From the NCBI GenBank assembly GCA_020137815.1, contig CM035350.1, positions 2,542,001 through 2,606,000 of the forward strand: DNA of 64,000 nt, written 5' to 3'. Both the position numbers and the translations under genes were made by a program. A model generated the notes under the pieces. It was not told where the DNA came from. It did not search any database and worked only from the letters and a program-made list of their open reading frames with translations. Below are positions 50,270 to 63,839 of the stretch, one piece after another (position 1 is the stretch's first letter; every line of letters starts with the position of its first letter). The stretch comes from Hormiphora californensis (taxonomy: Eukaryota; Animalia; Ctenophora).

Positions 50270-52000
50270 GGTGGTAGAACCGTGTATTCGTGGCCGCTTA
50301 GTTTAACTGCCCTATCCGCCATCTCGTTGCCCATTTCGCCAGCATGCCCAGCCAAGGAGGGTTGTATTGGACTCACCCAGTTTGTTGAGGAGCCGTGCTG
50401 TCTCTGATGCCAGACCCAGTGCCCCGAATTTCAGAAATCTAAAAAAATATTTTTCTAAGCCTTCAGCTAGGCTGCAAGATTCTATTCGCTAGGCTGCAAA
50501 TTTAGTACGTCCGCATCGTAGAAGTTGGGCTAATAGAGAAAAAGTGCCATTTTCGGGGCAAAATCATCGTGCAGCCCAGAATGGGAAAATTTCCTCAAAA
50601 TTTTCTGCAGCCGGGCTGCAAGAATCTCGACACCGAAATACATATGTATTTCACACTCTAATGAGGGGGATGGATATGTGACACCATTCTGGGACGCCCT
50701 GTTAGAACATTGGCCTGACAGGGGACGCCTAATTAGCAAAATCATCGTGCAGCCCAGAATGGGAAAATTTCCTCGAAATTTTCTGCAGCCGGGCTGCAAG
50801 AATCTCGACACCGAAATACATATGTATTCCATACTCTAATGAGGGGGATGGATATGTGACACCATTCTGGGACGCCTTATTAGCACTGTTAGCCAATACG
50901 GGATATTAAACACATGTGATTCGGGGAAGCTTATATTTCATATTTTCTGCAGCCCGGGCTGCAATATCAGTCGAGGTTATTTTATTTAGGCTGCAACAAA
51001 TCAGTCAGGCTGCAAATATTTGCTCAAAAAATTACACGGGTTTGCAATATCGGGGCACTGGGATGCCAGATTTGTTTTCATGATGTCATTGGTGAGTGAC
51101 ACCAGGGCAGACTGGCTGTCAGTGAGGATTGTCACTAACCTGCCGGAGAGCCGATCATTTACTGAGAAAGCAAGCTCCTCGGCGGCCTTCAAAATTGCAC
51201 AGGAGCTCGGCCTAATAGATTGAATTATCAGAAGCAGAGCTTCAGGGATCCAGTAGTGTACAAGGATGGGTAACAGTCGAATATCACCCAGGCGCATCCT
51301 GTTCCTATACCCTGCCCTTTGTGGCCTGCGGGTGAAGCGCGATCCATCTGTGTATACTATGACGTCGTTTGTCCAAATTGTGTAATTTTCTCTGAGTGGG
51401 ACCACGGTGTAGTTCTTGGTAAAGTTCGCCTCATACTGGTTTACCATTTCTGTTGCCGCCAGAGGGATCAGTCGCTGTTTGCCCATTTCGGCTCTTCTTT
51501 TACAGGTTACGCTGAGGGGAGTGACCGAGGTCATCTGGAGGCTCAGGTGTGTTGGTGCCTTCTGCTCTGCGCCTAACATCAGCCGGGCACTGTGAGCTTC
51601 CGAGAGTTTTGTCTGCCCATGTTGAAGAGGCATATAGAGCTTTAGGCTTGATGACCAGTCGGTGAAATGACTTAATCATTCCTGCAGAGAGGCCTCCTTC
51701 CTATCAGTCGTAGGTTGTGTGTCAGACTCCGGCAAGAGTTTTGAACCTGGACGAGATGTTGCGTCCAGCTTGTGTGCTCATTGAGAGTAACACCGAATGT
51801 TTTTGACTCTTTCGAGCGGGGGCCAGTTTTATTCTCGTGATGTCACCAGTGAGTGACATCAGGGCAGATTGGCTGTCGCCTGCCGGAAAGGATGATCACT
51901 GACCTGCCAGTTAGTCTATCGTTTGTTGAGACAACTAGCTCTTCGGCGGCTTGAATTTTAGAGAATACACCTTTGTAGTGCGGTGTTTCAACAGATGGCC
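50270..52000 (-). mobile_element. Degenerate RNase H domain(s) of a non-LTR retroelement, split by a MITE
   Basis: VYTDGS and ILTDSQSAL (51001-51633 ORF) continue past the MITE as GHAGEMGNEMADRAVK (~50305-50355); second decayed DSQSAL copy near 51850-51960. Confidence 0.75.
50415..51062. mobile_element. 648-bp MITE with CCCAGTGCCCCGA TIRs and an internal ~178-bp direct duplication
   Basis: 8-bp TSD ATGCCAGA at 50407-50414 and 51063-51070. Confidence 0.85.
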
Positions 52001-52514
52001 CAGCTTTGCAGTAACTGAACGGACACCAAACGGGGTTTTGAGTTGATCATGGGAAGATTTCCGTGCAATGCAGCTGCAGATGAATGTGCAGGTGTGCAGT
52101 TGGGAGTTGTGAGTAGAGTTGAAGTTGACATGAACTGTAAAATGTGAGTGTGAGTTAGAGATGTGTCATTTGGTTAATTGAGATTTAATTAAGAAGATTA
52201 ATAAATTACTGCATTACATTACATCGACCAACAAATGTATGTGTGAATACACAGAATTCCGAAAAATTCCGAAAAATTAACCTTCTTCCTTGAAATTCAT
52301 TGTACAAAACATACATCCGAGAACAGGATGCCACGACTTTTTAGCAAACGGAGTTCGTCGAGAAAGGGTAGTTCAAGTAGAAGAGGGGTTTTGTTCAGTT
52401 CACAGTGCATAACGAACTTGTCTCCTAAGCCCTAGCTGCTGGGCAGCGATTATTCGATCTTCGAGGAGATCTCATCCAAGGGGGCTACTTGGATCTTGAA
52501 GTTTGGGCATGTGA

Positions 52515-53445
52515 GTGCCAGAGGACGAATTAGGGCGTAAATTGGGGGCTAAGCGACTGCTAAAGCCAGGTTTAAGAAAATCAACACGAAACTAAACAAT
52601 AAATCAATTCATCCTCGGATCAATTCATCCTCGGATCCTCAAGTTCTTCGCATTCCTCTCTTCCTCAGGTCACCAGTTCAGTATTTGTTAGACTAGTGAT
52701 AGCGATCTTCCTCCGATTTCCTCTTAATGCAATAAGGCATGATCTCAGGAGGGAGAAACGTAGCCTCGTCCTCAGGTGCGCCATAACCTCACTGTACGGT
52801 TCTCCGGTTCTTGTGGAGATTCGGTGTGAGAGAGTCTTTAGCACCTTTTCGAACTCAATGGCTATCCCACCTGCTGTATTCATAACCAGCGGAGAGAAGG
52901 CACCCCCTTCAACTTCTCGTACACGTTTTCCGTACGACTGCTTCTTGCTAGCCTCGTTTCTTCGGTAGAGTTGGTCGAGGGGCGTGTCGATATAGGAGGG
53001 CGAATTGGCATGGAAAATTCGCACATCCATATGAGCCAGCTGCATTTTTCGCCACATGTCAAGTGCGACCACATCCATCCTTGCATCAGGGGCTGTGTTT
53101 GCCGACGGGTGAAAGTGTATGCCGTCCGGACAAGGGAGAAGTAGCTTCTCTGTTTCCACACCTTTGAGGCCCGCATACGAGCATATCTCCGCCATTAGGT
53201 CCCTGATGTTGTCGTGACGGAGGATGGAATAACCCCCGGTTGAACAGGACAAGGTATGGTCCGCATTGTTTGGCTTTCCACATACGCATGTCGCGCCCAA
53301 ATCTTTGACCTCAAACCCGTATCGCAGTGCCACTGAGTCGACGAATCCCAATTGATTCAGTTCGAAGCCCAGGTGAGGGTAGGGTGTTGCCGTGAGCCAT
53401 ACAGATGCTCCGGCCTCTCCAGCGAGCTCTAAACATCTCACTAGC
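52515..53445 (-). mobile_element. 5'-truncated CRE-like non-LTR retrotransposon (zinc knuckle + restriction-like endonuclease)
   Basis: ASVWLTATP, LRY, CVCG..HTLSCSTGG..RHDNIRD, ARMDV, DVRIF, K..YGKRVREVEGGAFSPLV; 13-bp TSD TTTGGGCATGTGA at 52502-52514 and 53446-53458. Confidence 0.88.
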
Positions 53446-53715
53446 TTTGGGCATGTGATTCTAAAGGTTTAAGACGACAAAATCGAGCTACACATAAAAA
53501 TTTAAATTTTTCAACTTTTTTCGAGTTCAAGATTTTGAAGATTTTATTTAAAAAAAGTTATGCGCGCCCAAAAATGCAGTGGAGTTTTGTTAATTTTCGC
53601 GCGCTACATTCTAAGTGTTGAGATGCGTCGTTTGAAGCTGAGTGCGTGAGCTTGATTTGAATTTCAAAATAAATTTTTTTTGACATTTTCGTTCTTTAAA
53701 CTAAAGACTTTAACA

Positions 53716-56700
53716 ATGTTTGGTGGGTTCGCTTCCTCAAAGCTTAAAACGAACCTTCGTTTATGCATAAACCGGTTAAAACTACTCCAGAAGAAGAAAA
53801 GTAAGTTATAACTTGCTTTCAGCTCCCTGAACCCATTTCAGACTGCTAAATTTCCCTTTTTATCAGCTGAATTGAACGTAAAAGCCAGGAAAGAGATCGC
53901 AGAATACCTCGCACAGAATAAAGATGACCGGGCAAGAATAAAAGTAGAGCACATTATCAGAGATGATTATCTCGTCGAGGCCATGGAATGTTTGGAGTTA
54001 TATTGTGATCTTCTGCTGGCCAGGATAGGACTCATCGAAACACAGAAGTAGGTCACTAAAACTGTAGAAATGCATTTGACAAAGTCAAGTTGCTATCATA
54101 TCAATTCACAGGTTCTGTGATGAATCCCTCGCAACTCCAGTATGTACAATTATCTGGATCGCACCTCGAATGCAAAATGATATTGCAGAGTTTAAAGCGG
54201 TAAGTAGAAAAAAAGACCATGATTTACATTTTCTTGCTACTTTTTATTTAGGGTGTTTTATCAACCGATTCTCTTCCAGATTTCAGACCAGTTGTCCCAC
54301 AAGTTCGGCAAAGATTTCGCCCAGCAAGCAAGAAACAACACCAATGGAGCTGTCGACCCGAGAGTAAGTTAACCAGGAGAAAATATTCAACTAACCCATT
54401 CCTAATTTTACACACCCCTCTTTCCCAGATCAAGAACAAGATCACAATGCAGCAACCCAGTCCGGTATTAGTTGAACAATACCTGATCGAAATTGCCAAC
54501 GCACACAACCTTCACTTTGAACCAAAACAGGAGTATCTTATGGGCGAGGATTACCTGGGATCATCATCTGGAAATAATGGTGGTGGTGGTGGTGGAGGTG
54601 GGGGTGATTTACCGGCCCCTCCGGCTGGGTTCTCTAACTTTGGGGATCTCCTAGGTGGACCCCCCTCAATGAACCCACCACCCCTGGTACAGTATATAAC
54701 ATCATATTATCTCACATGGCACCTCACAAACACACTCACAGGCGGCCCGACCACCAGAATATGAAGTGTCCTGTGATTCTGGACCCGGTCCCTCCTCCCA
54801 GTCGTCCTGCCAGTCACCCTGTACTGCACCATCAGTCAAGTCACCTCGTAATGATGATGTCATACACAGTGTGCGTGTTACACAATATCATGATCTCATT
54901 CATCCTTCCCTTTCTTATTTTCTAACACTGAATCTTATCCAGTATCCACATTTTCCTTCCCCTTCTTATTTTCTAACACTGACTCTCAATTCTCATCCAC
55001 ACTTTCCTTCCCCTTCTTATTTTCTAACACTGACTCTCATCCACACTTTCCTTCCCCTTCTTATTTTCTAACACTGACTCTCATCCACACTTTCCTTCCC
55101 CTTCATATTTTCTAACACTGAATCTAATTTCAGCCCCCTAACGTGGCCTACTCGGACGATAATACATCCCAGGGGATCAGCAGTAAGTAGATCACAAACA
55201 TATCGTGTTCTACAATCCCCACACACCAATACACATTCTGTTTCTTTATGACGTTCCTACTAATATTCCACATTCTATACACTAGGTACCGTAAGTTGGG
55301 GTAACTTTGTACCACTTTTTAGCATTCTCCTAAAATAACTCCTTGCCAGAACCACACTCGAAAATTTTTGAACCAAATAATCCCGTTCCAGACCTAGTAC
55401 ACCAGATATAACTAGTGAAATTTTTGGTCCCCTCTCATTTAATTACATTAATTAACGTGTATTTTAGTGTAAGTGGGGTTTTAGGGCATGGGGTAACTTT
55501 GGAATGAGGGTGGGGTAACTTTGGACACCCGTCCAAAGTTACCCCACGATAGTAATATTGGAACAAACATAAATCCGAACATTTTGCAATGATAAATAAA
55601 TGAACCTAAAATGTTTAAATGGGGTTTAAATGGGTCAATAAATTAAAAAAGAACAATAGGGTTAGCCAAACGCCCCATGATTTTTAAAAAAATTGTTGAT
55701 GTCGACTCAACTTTTTTGGGTTTGAGGAATGATGAAACTAGCCACCAAATAAAATTTCAGCTCAATCGGACTTGATTTAGAGGTTGCCACATCCGGCCTG
55801 AAACCCATCAAACTTCAACAATTTGGGGTCCCCCATCCACCCCGCAGCCCGGTAGACGGCACTGGCCCTCAAGGCGAGTGTGTCAGTTCTTTTTGATGAA
55901 TTGGGTAGACAGGAAGTGGTCTACTTATGGGTACTGGCTAAATAAAGGAGTTTTGGTACCTGTGCTCCTGCATAGATTGTCTACAAGAACTAGAACACTC
56001 GCCTAAAGATCCAACACCACCCAACAAGCTACAGGATGGATGAGGAACCCCAAATCACCGAAGCCCGATGGGTCTCAGGCCGGATTTCAGTGATTTAGCT
56101 CCATAAAATAGTCCAAATTCTAGTTTTTTCACTAACCTATCGAATAGATGGATGGAAATGGGCGTGGAGTGGGCTAAATCTTGGTTATATGGCCCTAAAC
56201 AATTCAGAGAGGGTCTAAGACAACTCTACAGACATCAAAAGTTCAAAATCTGTAGTGTGGGGTAACTTTGGCACCCCGTCCAAAGTTACCCCAAAACTCA
56301 AAAAATGGTGGGGTAACATTAGCCACCCCTATTAGTCTCAATTAAAGTAACTAGCAAAACTGGGGCGATCGTACCGATCGCAAATCGAGGGGTCTGTTTT
56401 CTCTCTGCCTGTCTGCTATATGCTATGTGATGTGATCCCTCTCTTTTTCTCTCTTTCTTTCCCTTTTATACATGTGATGTGACCCCTCAAGTCGCAAGCA
56501 GTTCTCAACACGTGTGATACGTGATACCTACGAATCACGTCGTCACACTGACGGATCATGTCGTCACGCTGACGGATCACGTCGTCACATTGACGGATCA
56601 CGTCGTCACATTGACGATAGGGTGTCACATTTCCGTGCAAATTTGCATTAGATATAGTTAGATTGATCGGGTTTGAAAAATGGTGCCCCGAATTATTTGA

Positions 56701-57681
56701 TCGAAACCCTTTCACTCAATGGAGCAAACTTTATTCGGTCATTAGCCCGGTCAAATCTATGGTACCCATTTTGATTTGAACATTTTTAGCGATTTTGACA
56801 TCAATTATGTTTGCCCCTAATTAGGAGCTAATTAGCATAGAATTGAAAAAAATAATTGTACCGTTAGTTAGACATTTGTGGGTCAATTACTTGTACACCC
56901 AAAAATTATGCCAAATCTGTCGTTATCTGTTGGTAATTTTGGACTAAAGCTTGCCTGCGAGGGGATCGCCCTACGGGCGCGCGAACATGGGGGGCGCGAC
57001 GTGCCCAAGACTAAAGCCAAATTTTGAAAGTGTCCAAAGTTACCCTGCAAAACAAAGTTACCCCAGATTACGGTATGTGTAATCTGAGACACATTCTAAT
57101 TGTACAGATCTGATACTAACATCTCCTCAGACTTCTGTGTTTCAGGTATGCCAGGTAGTGCAGTGCCTCCTCCAGCCCCCACAGCAGCATCCCTCCCCCA
57201 ACCACCCTCCTCCTATCCTGGGCCTGCCAAACAGATGCCCATCTCGGATAGCCTGCCCCAGCCACCCAGTGGAGGAGGAGTCCAGGCAGGACCCCTGCCA
57301 CCCAAGGGAGGAGGAGGTGAGATGCCACCCTCGTACAGTGCTTCATTTGAGATGCCTAACCTGCCCACAGGTATTACAATCAGCAGCTCTGAAGAATTGT
57401 TGTTTAATTCTTTTCAGGCATCCTCCTCTGCTGTGAAGATTCTCTAATCTGCGCTGAATAATAATTGCTGTTTAGTTGAGCTAAAATAAAAAATTGTGAT
57501 CTAAAACTGTGTCCAATACCCAATTTCTAGGATCTTAAATCCACCTATAATTTCAGTACCAAGTGGCAGTTTCCCCTCGGCACCGGGTAACGACAGCGCC
57601 AACAACAATGCTCCTGGGGGCGGAGATGTCGACTTTGATGATCTGAACCGGCGGTTTGAGGAACTCAAAAAGAGGAAGTAA
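53716..57681 (+). CDS. IST1: ESCRT-III-associated factor IST1, multi-exon
   Basis: KLKTNLRLCINRLKLLQKKK, RARIKVEHIIRDDYLVEAME, LVEQYLIEIA, Pro-rich linker, C-terminal MIM1 DFDDLNRRFEELKKRK. Confidence 0.95.
54900..55125. repeat. ~37-47 bp tandem repeat in IST1 intron
   Basis: TTTCCTTCCCCTTCTTATTTTCTAACACTGA, about 5 copies. Confidence 0.85.
55289..57073. mobile_element. 1.8-kb non-autonomous Tc1/mariner-pogo-type element
   Basis: TA|CCGTAA..TGGGGTAACTTTG...CAAAGTTACCCCA..TTACGG|TA; internal copies of the TIR motif at ~55490-55545 and ~56258-56320. Confidence 0.8.
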
Positions 57682-58570
57682 AGTGACATAATTTTTTATC
57701 AAAGACTAATGTAGTTTGTTGGAGAGTGACTTTTCTTAACTATATAATTACTCGTAGACCGGGCCTGTTTAGAGTCTCTGGTTTGTGTACATAGCTGATT
57801 GCAATTGTGAAAGGCGATACATATTTGAACCAGCACAAATACACTTTTGTAGTACAGCTGGCAGTGGTAGTTTTTCATTTTTTTCCAAGCTCTGTAAGTT
57901 TCACGAGAGAGCGTTACATGATTATTAATAGACCCTTTTGTTGTGTTTCTATACAACTTAAATTTCTTGTAAATATATGCAAACCAAAGTGTTCTATTCT
58001 ATCGACTTAAAACTTCCTAATACTGGAATTCACACTATGACCTTATTTGGATATAATCCACTTGTTACTCTCTCTCTCTCTCTCTCATTGCTAGGCTTGC
58101 ACTACATAGTCTGTACTGGAGCAAAAGCAAGGATGTACACTGTACCAGTTTAGTTGAGCAGACTACTACACTGAACAGGCAAGTTTAGAAGAAGGTGTGT
58201 AATCTGGTATGATAATACTCGACATACTTTTGTCTTATGTATTGAAGTTCCCCTTCACCTTCCAACTGCTTTAAGACTGACCTACATCTGTACAGTTTAC
58301 ACTTTACCCCGGTATACTAGAAACTATAAAGTCACGATTTAGTAGTATAGTTTACAAATCACAGAAAAGCTAAAAAGGCATACATAATGGCATATCACAT
58401 TATAAAATCCGTATCATATATTTCCGTATATATATCTCTGTTAACTCTCTGTTAACTCTCTGTTAACTCTCTGTTAACTCTCTGGACTGAACTGTGGTTA
58501 GATTAAAAAACCCACAAGTGTCCCCTGCAGTTTGTCTTCTCTCGTCTGGGCCACGCCAGACAGAGTTCCA

Positions 58571-61500
58571 TCATGTACTGATGGTGCTTTTAGCCCAGTC
58601 GGGGAAGGTTCCATCGATACCCAGGATTGAGCTGCCCCAGGTTGACATGCCCAGAACAACCACCAACACACTTAACACATTCATAAATACCCCAGTTCTT
58701 AGCTGGATAGGGGGAGGGTTGTTGTTTAGGGGTTGTGAAGAGGGGAGGAGGGCTGTTTAGGAGTTGTGAAGAGGGGAGGAGGGTTGTTTAGGGGTTGTGA
58801 AGAGGGGAGGAGGGTTGTTTAGGGGTTGTGAAGAGGGGATCAGGGGAGGATTGTTTAGGGCCGGGTTGGGAGGGCTTTTTAGGTCGTGAGTGGAATGATT
58901 AGTAAGTGGAATAGCATTTACGTCGAAAATGGAACAAGTTACTTATTAGGCCAGTCATATGACGTTGTGAAATGGAACTAATTGATCTAAAAGCGATTCC
59001 ACTTCCAGGGCACTCCAATGGGTCTCTACAACCACCAAAAAAATTTACCGCGGGTACCGCGATGGAGAAATCGGTCATTTCCGGGTTTATTTTGCACCTA
59101 CATAAATATAGGCTAGGACGAATGCGATATACGGTAAAAACCGTCTTTGGAAACAAGTAGAAAAGAAATCAAGGGCACTAAAGTGTGTAGCGTCCTCGCA
59201 TTAGTGGGGGTAGGTGCTGGAATTAAGTCTCCATCTTATCAGGTTAATTAGATAATTGGATAATTAGATGCGCACATAGCCGTTTTATGGTTATACGGTA
59301 AAAACCATATTTGGAATGGAGTAGAGAAAAAACCGAGGGTACTAGAGTGATCAGCGTCCTCGAATTAGTGGGGGTAGGTACCAAAATTAAGTTCCTATCT
59401 CATCGCGTTAATTAGATAATTGGATAATTAGGTATGCGCATAACCGTTTTTAGGTTACATGGCTATAGCCACTTAGGAATGGTTTAGAGACTTTTCATTG
59501 GTGCCATTTTGTAGGCAATAGCCAAGTTATGGGGGGTCGACGTCGGACTTTTAAGCTCTATATTCAACCATTTAGCCGTTATATGGCTTTAAAGGTGCTC
59601 AAAATCGGTCTTTTTACCGCTTTTTTGCTCACTTTGAACACCTTTAAAGCCAAATAACGGCTAAACGGTTGAATATAGAGCTTAAAAGTCCGACGTCGAC
59701 CCCCAATAACTTGGCTATTGCCTACAAAATGGCACCAATGAAAAGTCTCTAAACCATTCCTAAGTGGCTATAGCCATGTAACCTAAAAACGGTTATGCGC
59801 ATACCTAGTTATCCCATTATCTAATTAACGCGATGAGATAGGAACTTAATTTTGGTACCTACCCCCACTAATTCGAGGACGCTGATCACTCTAGTACCCT
59901 CGGTTTTTTCTCTACTCCATTCCAAAGATGGTTTTTACCGTATAACCATAAAACGGCTATGTGCACATCTAATTATCCAATTATCTAATTAACCTGATAA
60001 GATGGAGACTTAATTCCAGCACCTACCCCCACTAATGCGAGGACGCTACACACTTTAGTGCCCTTGATTTCTTTTCTACTTGTTTCCAAAGACGGTTTTT
60101 ACCGTATATCGCATTCGTCCTAGCCTATATTTATGCAGGTGCAAAATAAACCCGGAAATGACCGATTTCTCCATCGCGGTACCCGCGGTAAATTTTTTTG
60201 GTGGTTGTAGAGACCCATTGGAGGGCCCTGGAAGTGGAATCGCTTTTAGATCAATTACTTCCTTTTTCAGCGTCATATCGACGTCATATGACTGGCCTAT
60301 ATACAAATTAGTGTGAACATTAGTTATTCACACTAATTTATTGCAATTATTGTTAAACCTACCATGTCCAGCACTTTGATCTCCTTAAAACTGAAGACAA
60401 GAGCATTAGGGCCGGTAGCAGAGGGGAGACAGAAGGCGAGGGAGGCTGAGATAGTTCCTACAGCCATCAAATAGAGGGGGTTCATTTCCAATTCCCTACT
60501 CTGAAACACACAGTGGTATGAAGCACGTTCATTGTTCAATCCTTCAATCCTTCAGACTCTTTCTTGCTCCTGAACTCTATATATTAAAACATATCCTAGT
60601 GTACTCACGATTGATGCGAGGATGGGCATTAGTAGGGTGGTTGATGCGGTGTTGGAGGCAACTTCAGTCAGCATCGCAACCAGTAGACTGATCACCAGAG
60701 CTATGACAACACTTGGCTGGCCCTTCAGAAAGTCAAAACTTTGACCTAACCAAGCTGACAACTGAGATTCCTGATGGGGAAAATGAGATTATTATAAATC
60801 CACCTGGTACAGATCAGTTTGAGTCGGTTGACACTGTTTCCGTGCTCCGCAGAATTAGAATTAAACGAAAATATGAACAATTCAAACATCAGTTAACTAT
60901 GACTAGAATTAATACCAGGAACCGACCGAAACAAGTAAACAACCAATCAGAACGCGTTATTTAGGTCACGTGACTGGTTATTAGCCAATCAGGGACCAGC
61001 ATTTGCTGATTCGGTCGGTTCCTGATAAATACCTTGCACCCGGAAGCCAAGGCGTATCCCCCACCCAATAGTACAATGACATCCCATGGGGTCTTGGCCA
61101 TGACAGTCGCCATATCTAACATCTTATCTGATCTGTGTAGCTTCTTGCCTGGTTGAGAGAGATATTTAACAGTGTCAATATATTATAATCTTCCGTGCAC
61201 CAATGATTATGTGAGAATCATGTTGTCACTAAATCACCTGGGGGCGCTGCGAAGAGGAAGCCGGCTGCCTTGAAAGGGTTCTCTTTGGGGATGATAAACA
61301 GGAGCAGGGAGAGAGTTAAAACTGTCCACGAATCGTTTAGGTACACCACGGAGGTTCCACCGGATCCAAATTCAGTTAGTGTATCAGCTGTTATCGTGTC
61401 CCTAAAGAGGGCGGACATGTGAGTTCTATTAACAACAACAGCAACTACAGTCGCTGGGAGTTTCTCTAAAACTCAGGAACCGACCGAATCAGGAAATACT

Positions 61501-63839
61501 GGTCCCTGATTGGCTGATAACCATTCACGTGACCTAAATAACGAGTTCTGATTGGTTGGTTACTTGTGTCGGTCGGTTCCTGCTAAAACTCAGCTACTTG
61601 CTACTTACAGGTGTACCTGGGCCCACCCTTCAATGCCAGCAGGCTCTCTTAGCAACCAGAGTAGGACCAACAACACCACAATGAATATCAGGACCACCTC
61701 CCCAAAACTGCAGAAAAGACAAAATGTCACCATAATCAGCTTCCTTTCATTATTCAAGTGAATGTTTGGATTTGTATTGAGTCTTCTCCCTTCTTACCAC
61801 ATCGGTCCGAGGGCACGGAATCGTTTCCTAATTTCAGCATTCACTTTCCTCCACTTTATCTCACTCTTGGTCTCTTCAGTTGGCTTCCGAATTATCAGAT
61901 TGATCAATTTCTTCATTAGATCAACGTAGCTGAAAAAGTTCTAAGTTTTGTATAGGTGACCTACAACTCTGTCTCCTACAATTCTGGCTCAGAGAAATGT
62001 GTGGTGTATACGGCGGTCTGCACAGCTGTTTATTTGATTCAAACACAGAGACACTCCAATGCTCACTAACCTCTGTCGAGCATACATTAGCACCAAGACA
62101 TGCCATCCAATAATCATGATGAGAAAGGAAATTGGGTAAGCGAAGGAGATCCACTTGTTGTAATCAACCACTGGCGCATCAGGGAACTCGCTAGCGAACA
62201 CACTGGCGAACACAAGGTTAGGGGGTGTGCCCGTTAGGGTGGCTATACCGCCCATACTGGCACCATATGGGATGGCCAGGATGAGACCCTTGCAGAACCA
62301 AGTAAAGGCCGGGTCGTCCCTCTTGGCTAGCTCCTCCCGAGATATTGTAGTGCCCGCCATCTCCGTTCCGTGCTCTATCTCGAACTGGATCTGACGCAGG
62401 CTATCAATAATCGCACCTGCAGGTAGTAGTATAATAATTGTTGGTAATGAAATTACCCCTCCGCAAAAGCTCACAGATGCAATATAATAACAGGGGTGAC
62501 TTTGTAACCAAGTAGTATTTGGAGTAGAAGTGGGATAGTAGAATTGGGATATTTGGAACTCTGTATAGTGGGTTATAAATCTTTAACACCGTAAAGTGTG
62601 ACACTACCACTCTGAAACGATCTGTGTGATGTGACAGTGTGATGTGACAGTGTGATGTGACAGTGTGATGTGACAGTGTGATGTGACAGTGTGATGTAAC
62701 AGTGTGATGTGACAGTGTGATGTGACAGTGTGATGTAACAGTGTGATGTGACAGTGTGATGTGACAGTGTGATGTAACAGTGTGATGTGACAGTATATCA
62801 CAGTGTATTTTACCGATGATTGGGAGCATCATGGCAGTAGTTGCTGTGTTGCTAAGGAACATTGATTGTTTCCAAGTGACCAGTATAGTCCCTAGCAACA
62901 AGAGGGCCTCACTCCGTCCCAACAGGGAGAGAATTCCCAGGGCAATTCTCCTGTGTAACCCACACGATTCAACCGCTTGAGCCATCATGAATGTTCCCAA
63001 CATTAGCATACTGATATCCTGCAGGAGAATTAGAATGGTAGAATTATTGGGAGAATGGGGGGATTCAATCTTGGCTGAAATGTTATATGGAATATAATAA
63101 GATGGGCTCTCTGAGGAGATTTTGAATTAATTTCCTCTATTGAAAAATAATATTCCCCTCCAAATCACTTTATTCCTCCGAACTTTAAGCTCCTGATCCA
63201 TCCCAAATCACCCCACCCCCTTTGTAACCTCTCCCTTTGCCCCTGTCCCATTATAATGACGTCATACTCACATTCCAGTAGAGTTTGGACACGGTGGCTG
63301 CAGACATGGTTCCAACCAGTGGGAAGAGGATGGAGGGAACAAGAGCCGTGATAGCAAGGGGCATGGCTTCAGTACACCAGAATATGGCCGTAGTGGCGAT
63401 AACTACACCTGCCCGGGCTTCTGTCGACTGCAATACATTTAATTGGTAAGATATACTATCAACTAACAACCGAGAGATTTAGATAAATTAAAATAAATCT
63501 AATTCACAACTCTATTTAGATTCGGTACTACCTCTACGGGAAGACATGCTACAATGATCAGGCCCACGAGAAACACCACTCCAACTAGTACAGTCCTCCA
63601 TTTTGGGACGAATGTCGTTATCTCAAGGTCAGGGGCATCCTCTTCGTCAGGCAGACCAACCCTATCTGTATCAACACTGTAACAAGAAGGACACACTATC
63701 AGGTTAGACCAATATAAAAACAGGGGTGACTTGTCAAGTCTCAATGAGACTTCGTAACCAAGGTTAGACCGAGACCGGGTGATACACTAACAGTTGACAA
63801 AAGGCATTACCTATGCATTTCCATTTCATCGTACAACAT
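58571..63839 (-). CDS. SLC13/DASS sodium-dicarboxylate/citrate/sulfate cotransporter (INDY-like), multi-exon
   Basis: FWCTEAMPLAITALVP, AVESCGLHRRIAL, SMFLSNTATTAMMLPI, YGASMGGIATLTGTPPN, PWDVIVLLGGGYALA, TEVASNTAST, SLAFCLPSATGPNA; start codon at 63839 tentative. Confidence 0.92.
58720..58860. repeat. ~26-bp G-rich tandem repeat
   Basis: GTTTAGGGGTTGTGAAGAGGGGAGGAGG, about 4-5 copies. Confidence 0.85.
58947..60299. mobile_element. 1.35-kb palindromic MITE, Academ-like
   Basis: TAT|TAGGCCAGTCATATGACGT...ACGTCATATGACTGGCCTA|TAT; TAG termini with 3-bp TSD. Confidence 0.82.
60916..61024. mobile_element. 109-bp hAT-like MITE
   Basis: CAGGAACCGACCGA...TCGGTCGGTTCCTG; TSD ATTAATAC/ATAAATAC (1 mismatch). 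Confidence 0.85.
61474..61582. mobile_element. 109-bp hAT-like MITE, opposite orientation
   Basis: Same TIRs; perfect 8-bp TSD CTAAAACT. Confidence 0.9.
62625..62795. repeat. 13-bp tandem repeat (GTGATGTGACAGT)n, ~13 copies
   Basis: Direct reading; produces the spurious HHTVTSHCHITL ORFs. Confidence 0.95.

Noticed and set aside
58899-60316. Paired ORFs on both strands
   Set aside because: Mirror translations of a palindromic MITE.
62404-62801. His-rich repeat protein (HHTVTSHCHITL)
   Set aside because: Read-through of a 13-bp intronic satellite after the SLC13 donor at ~62812.
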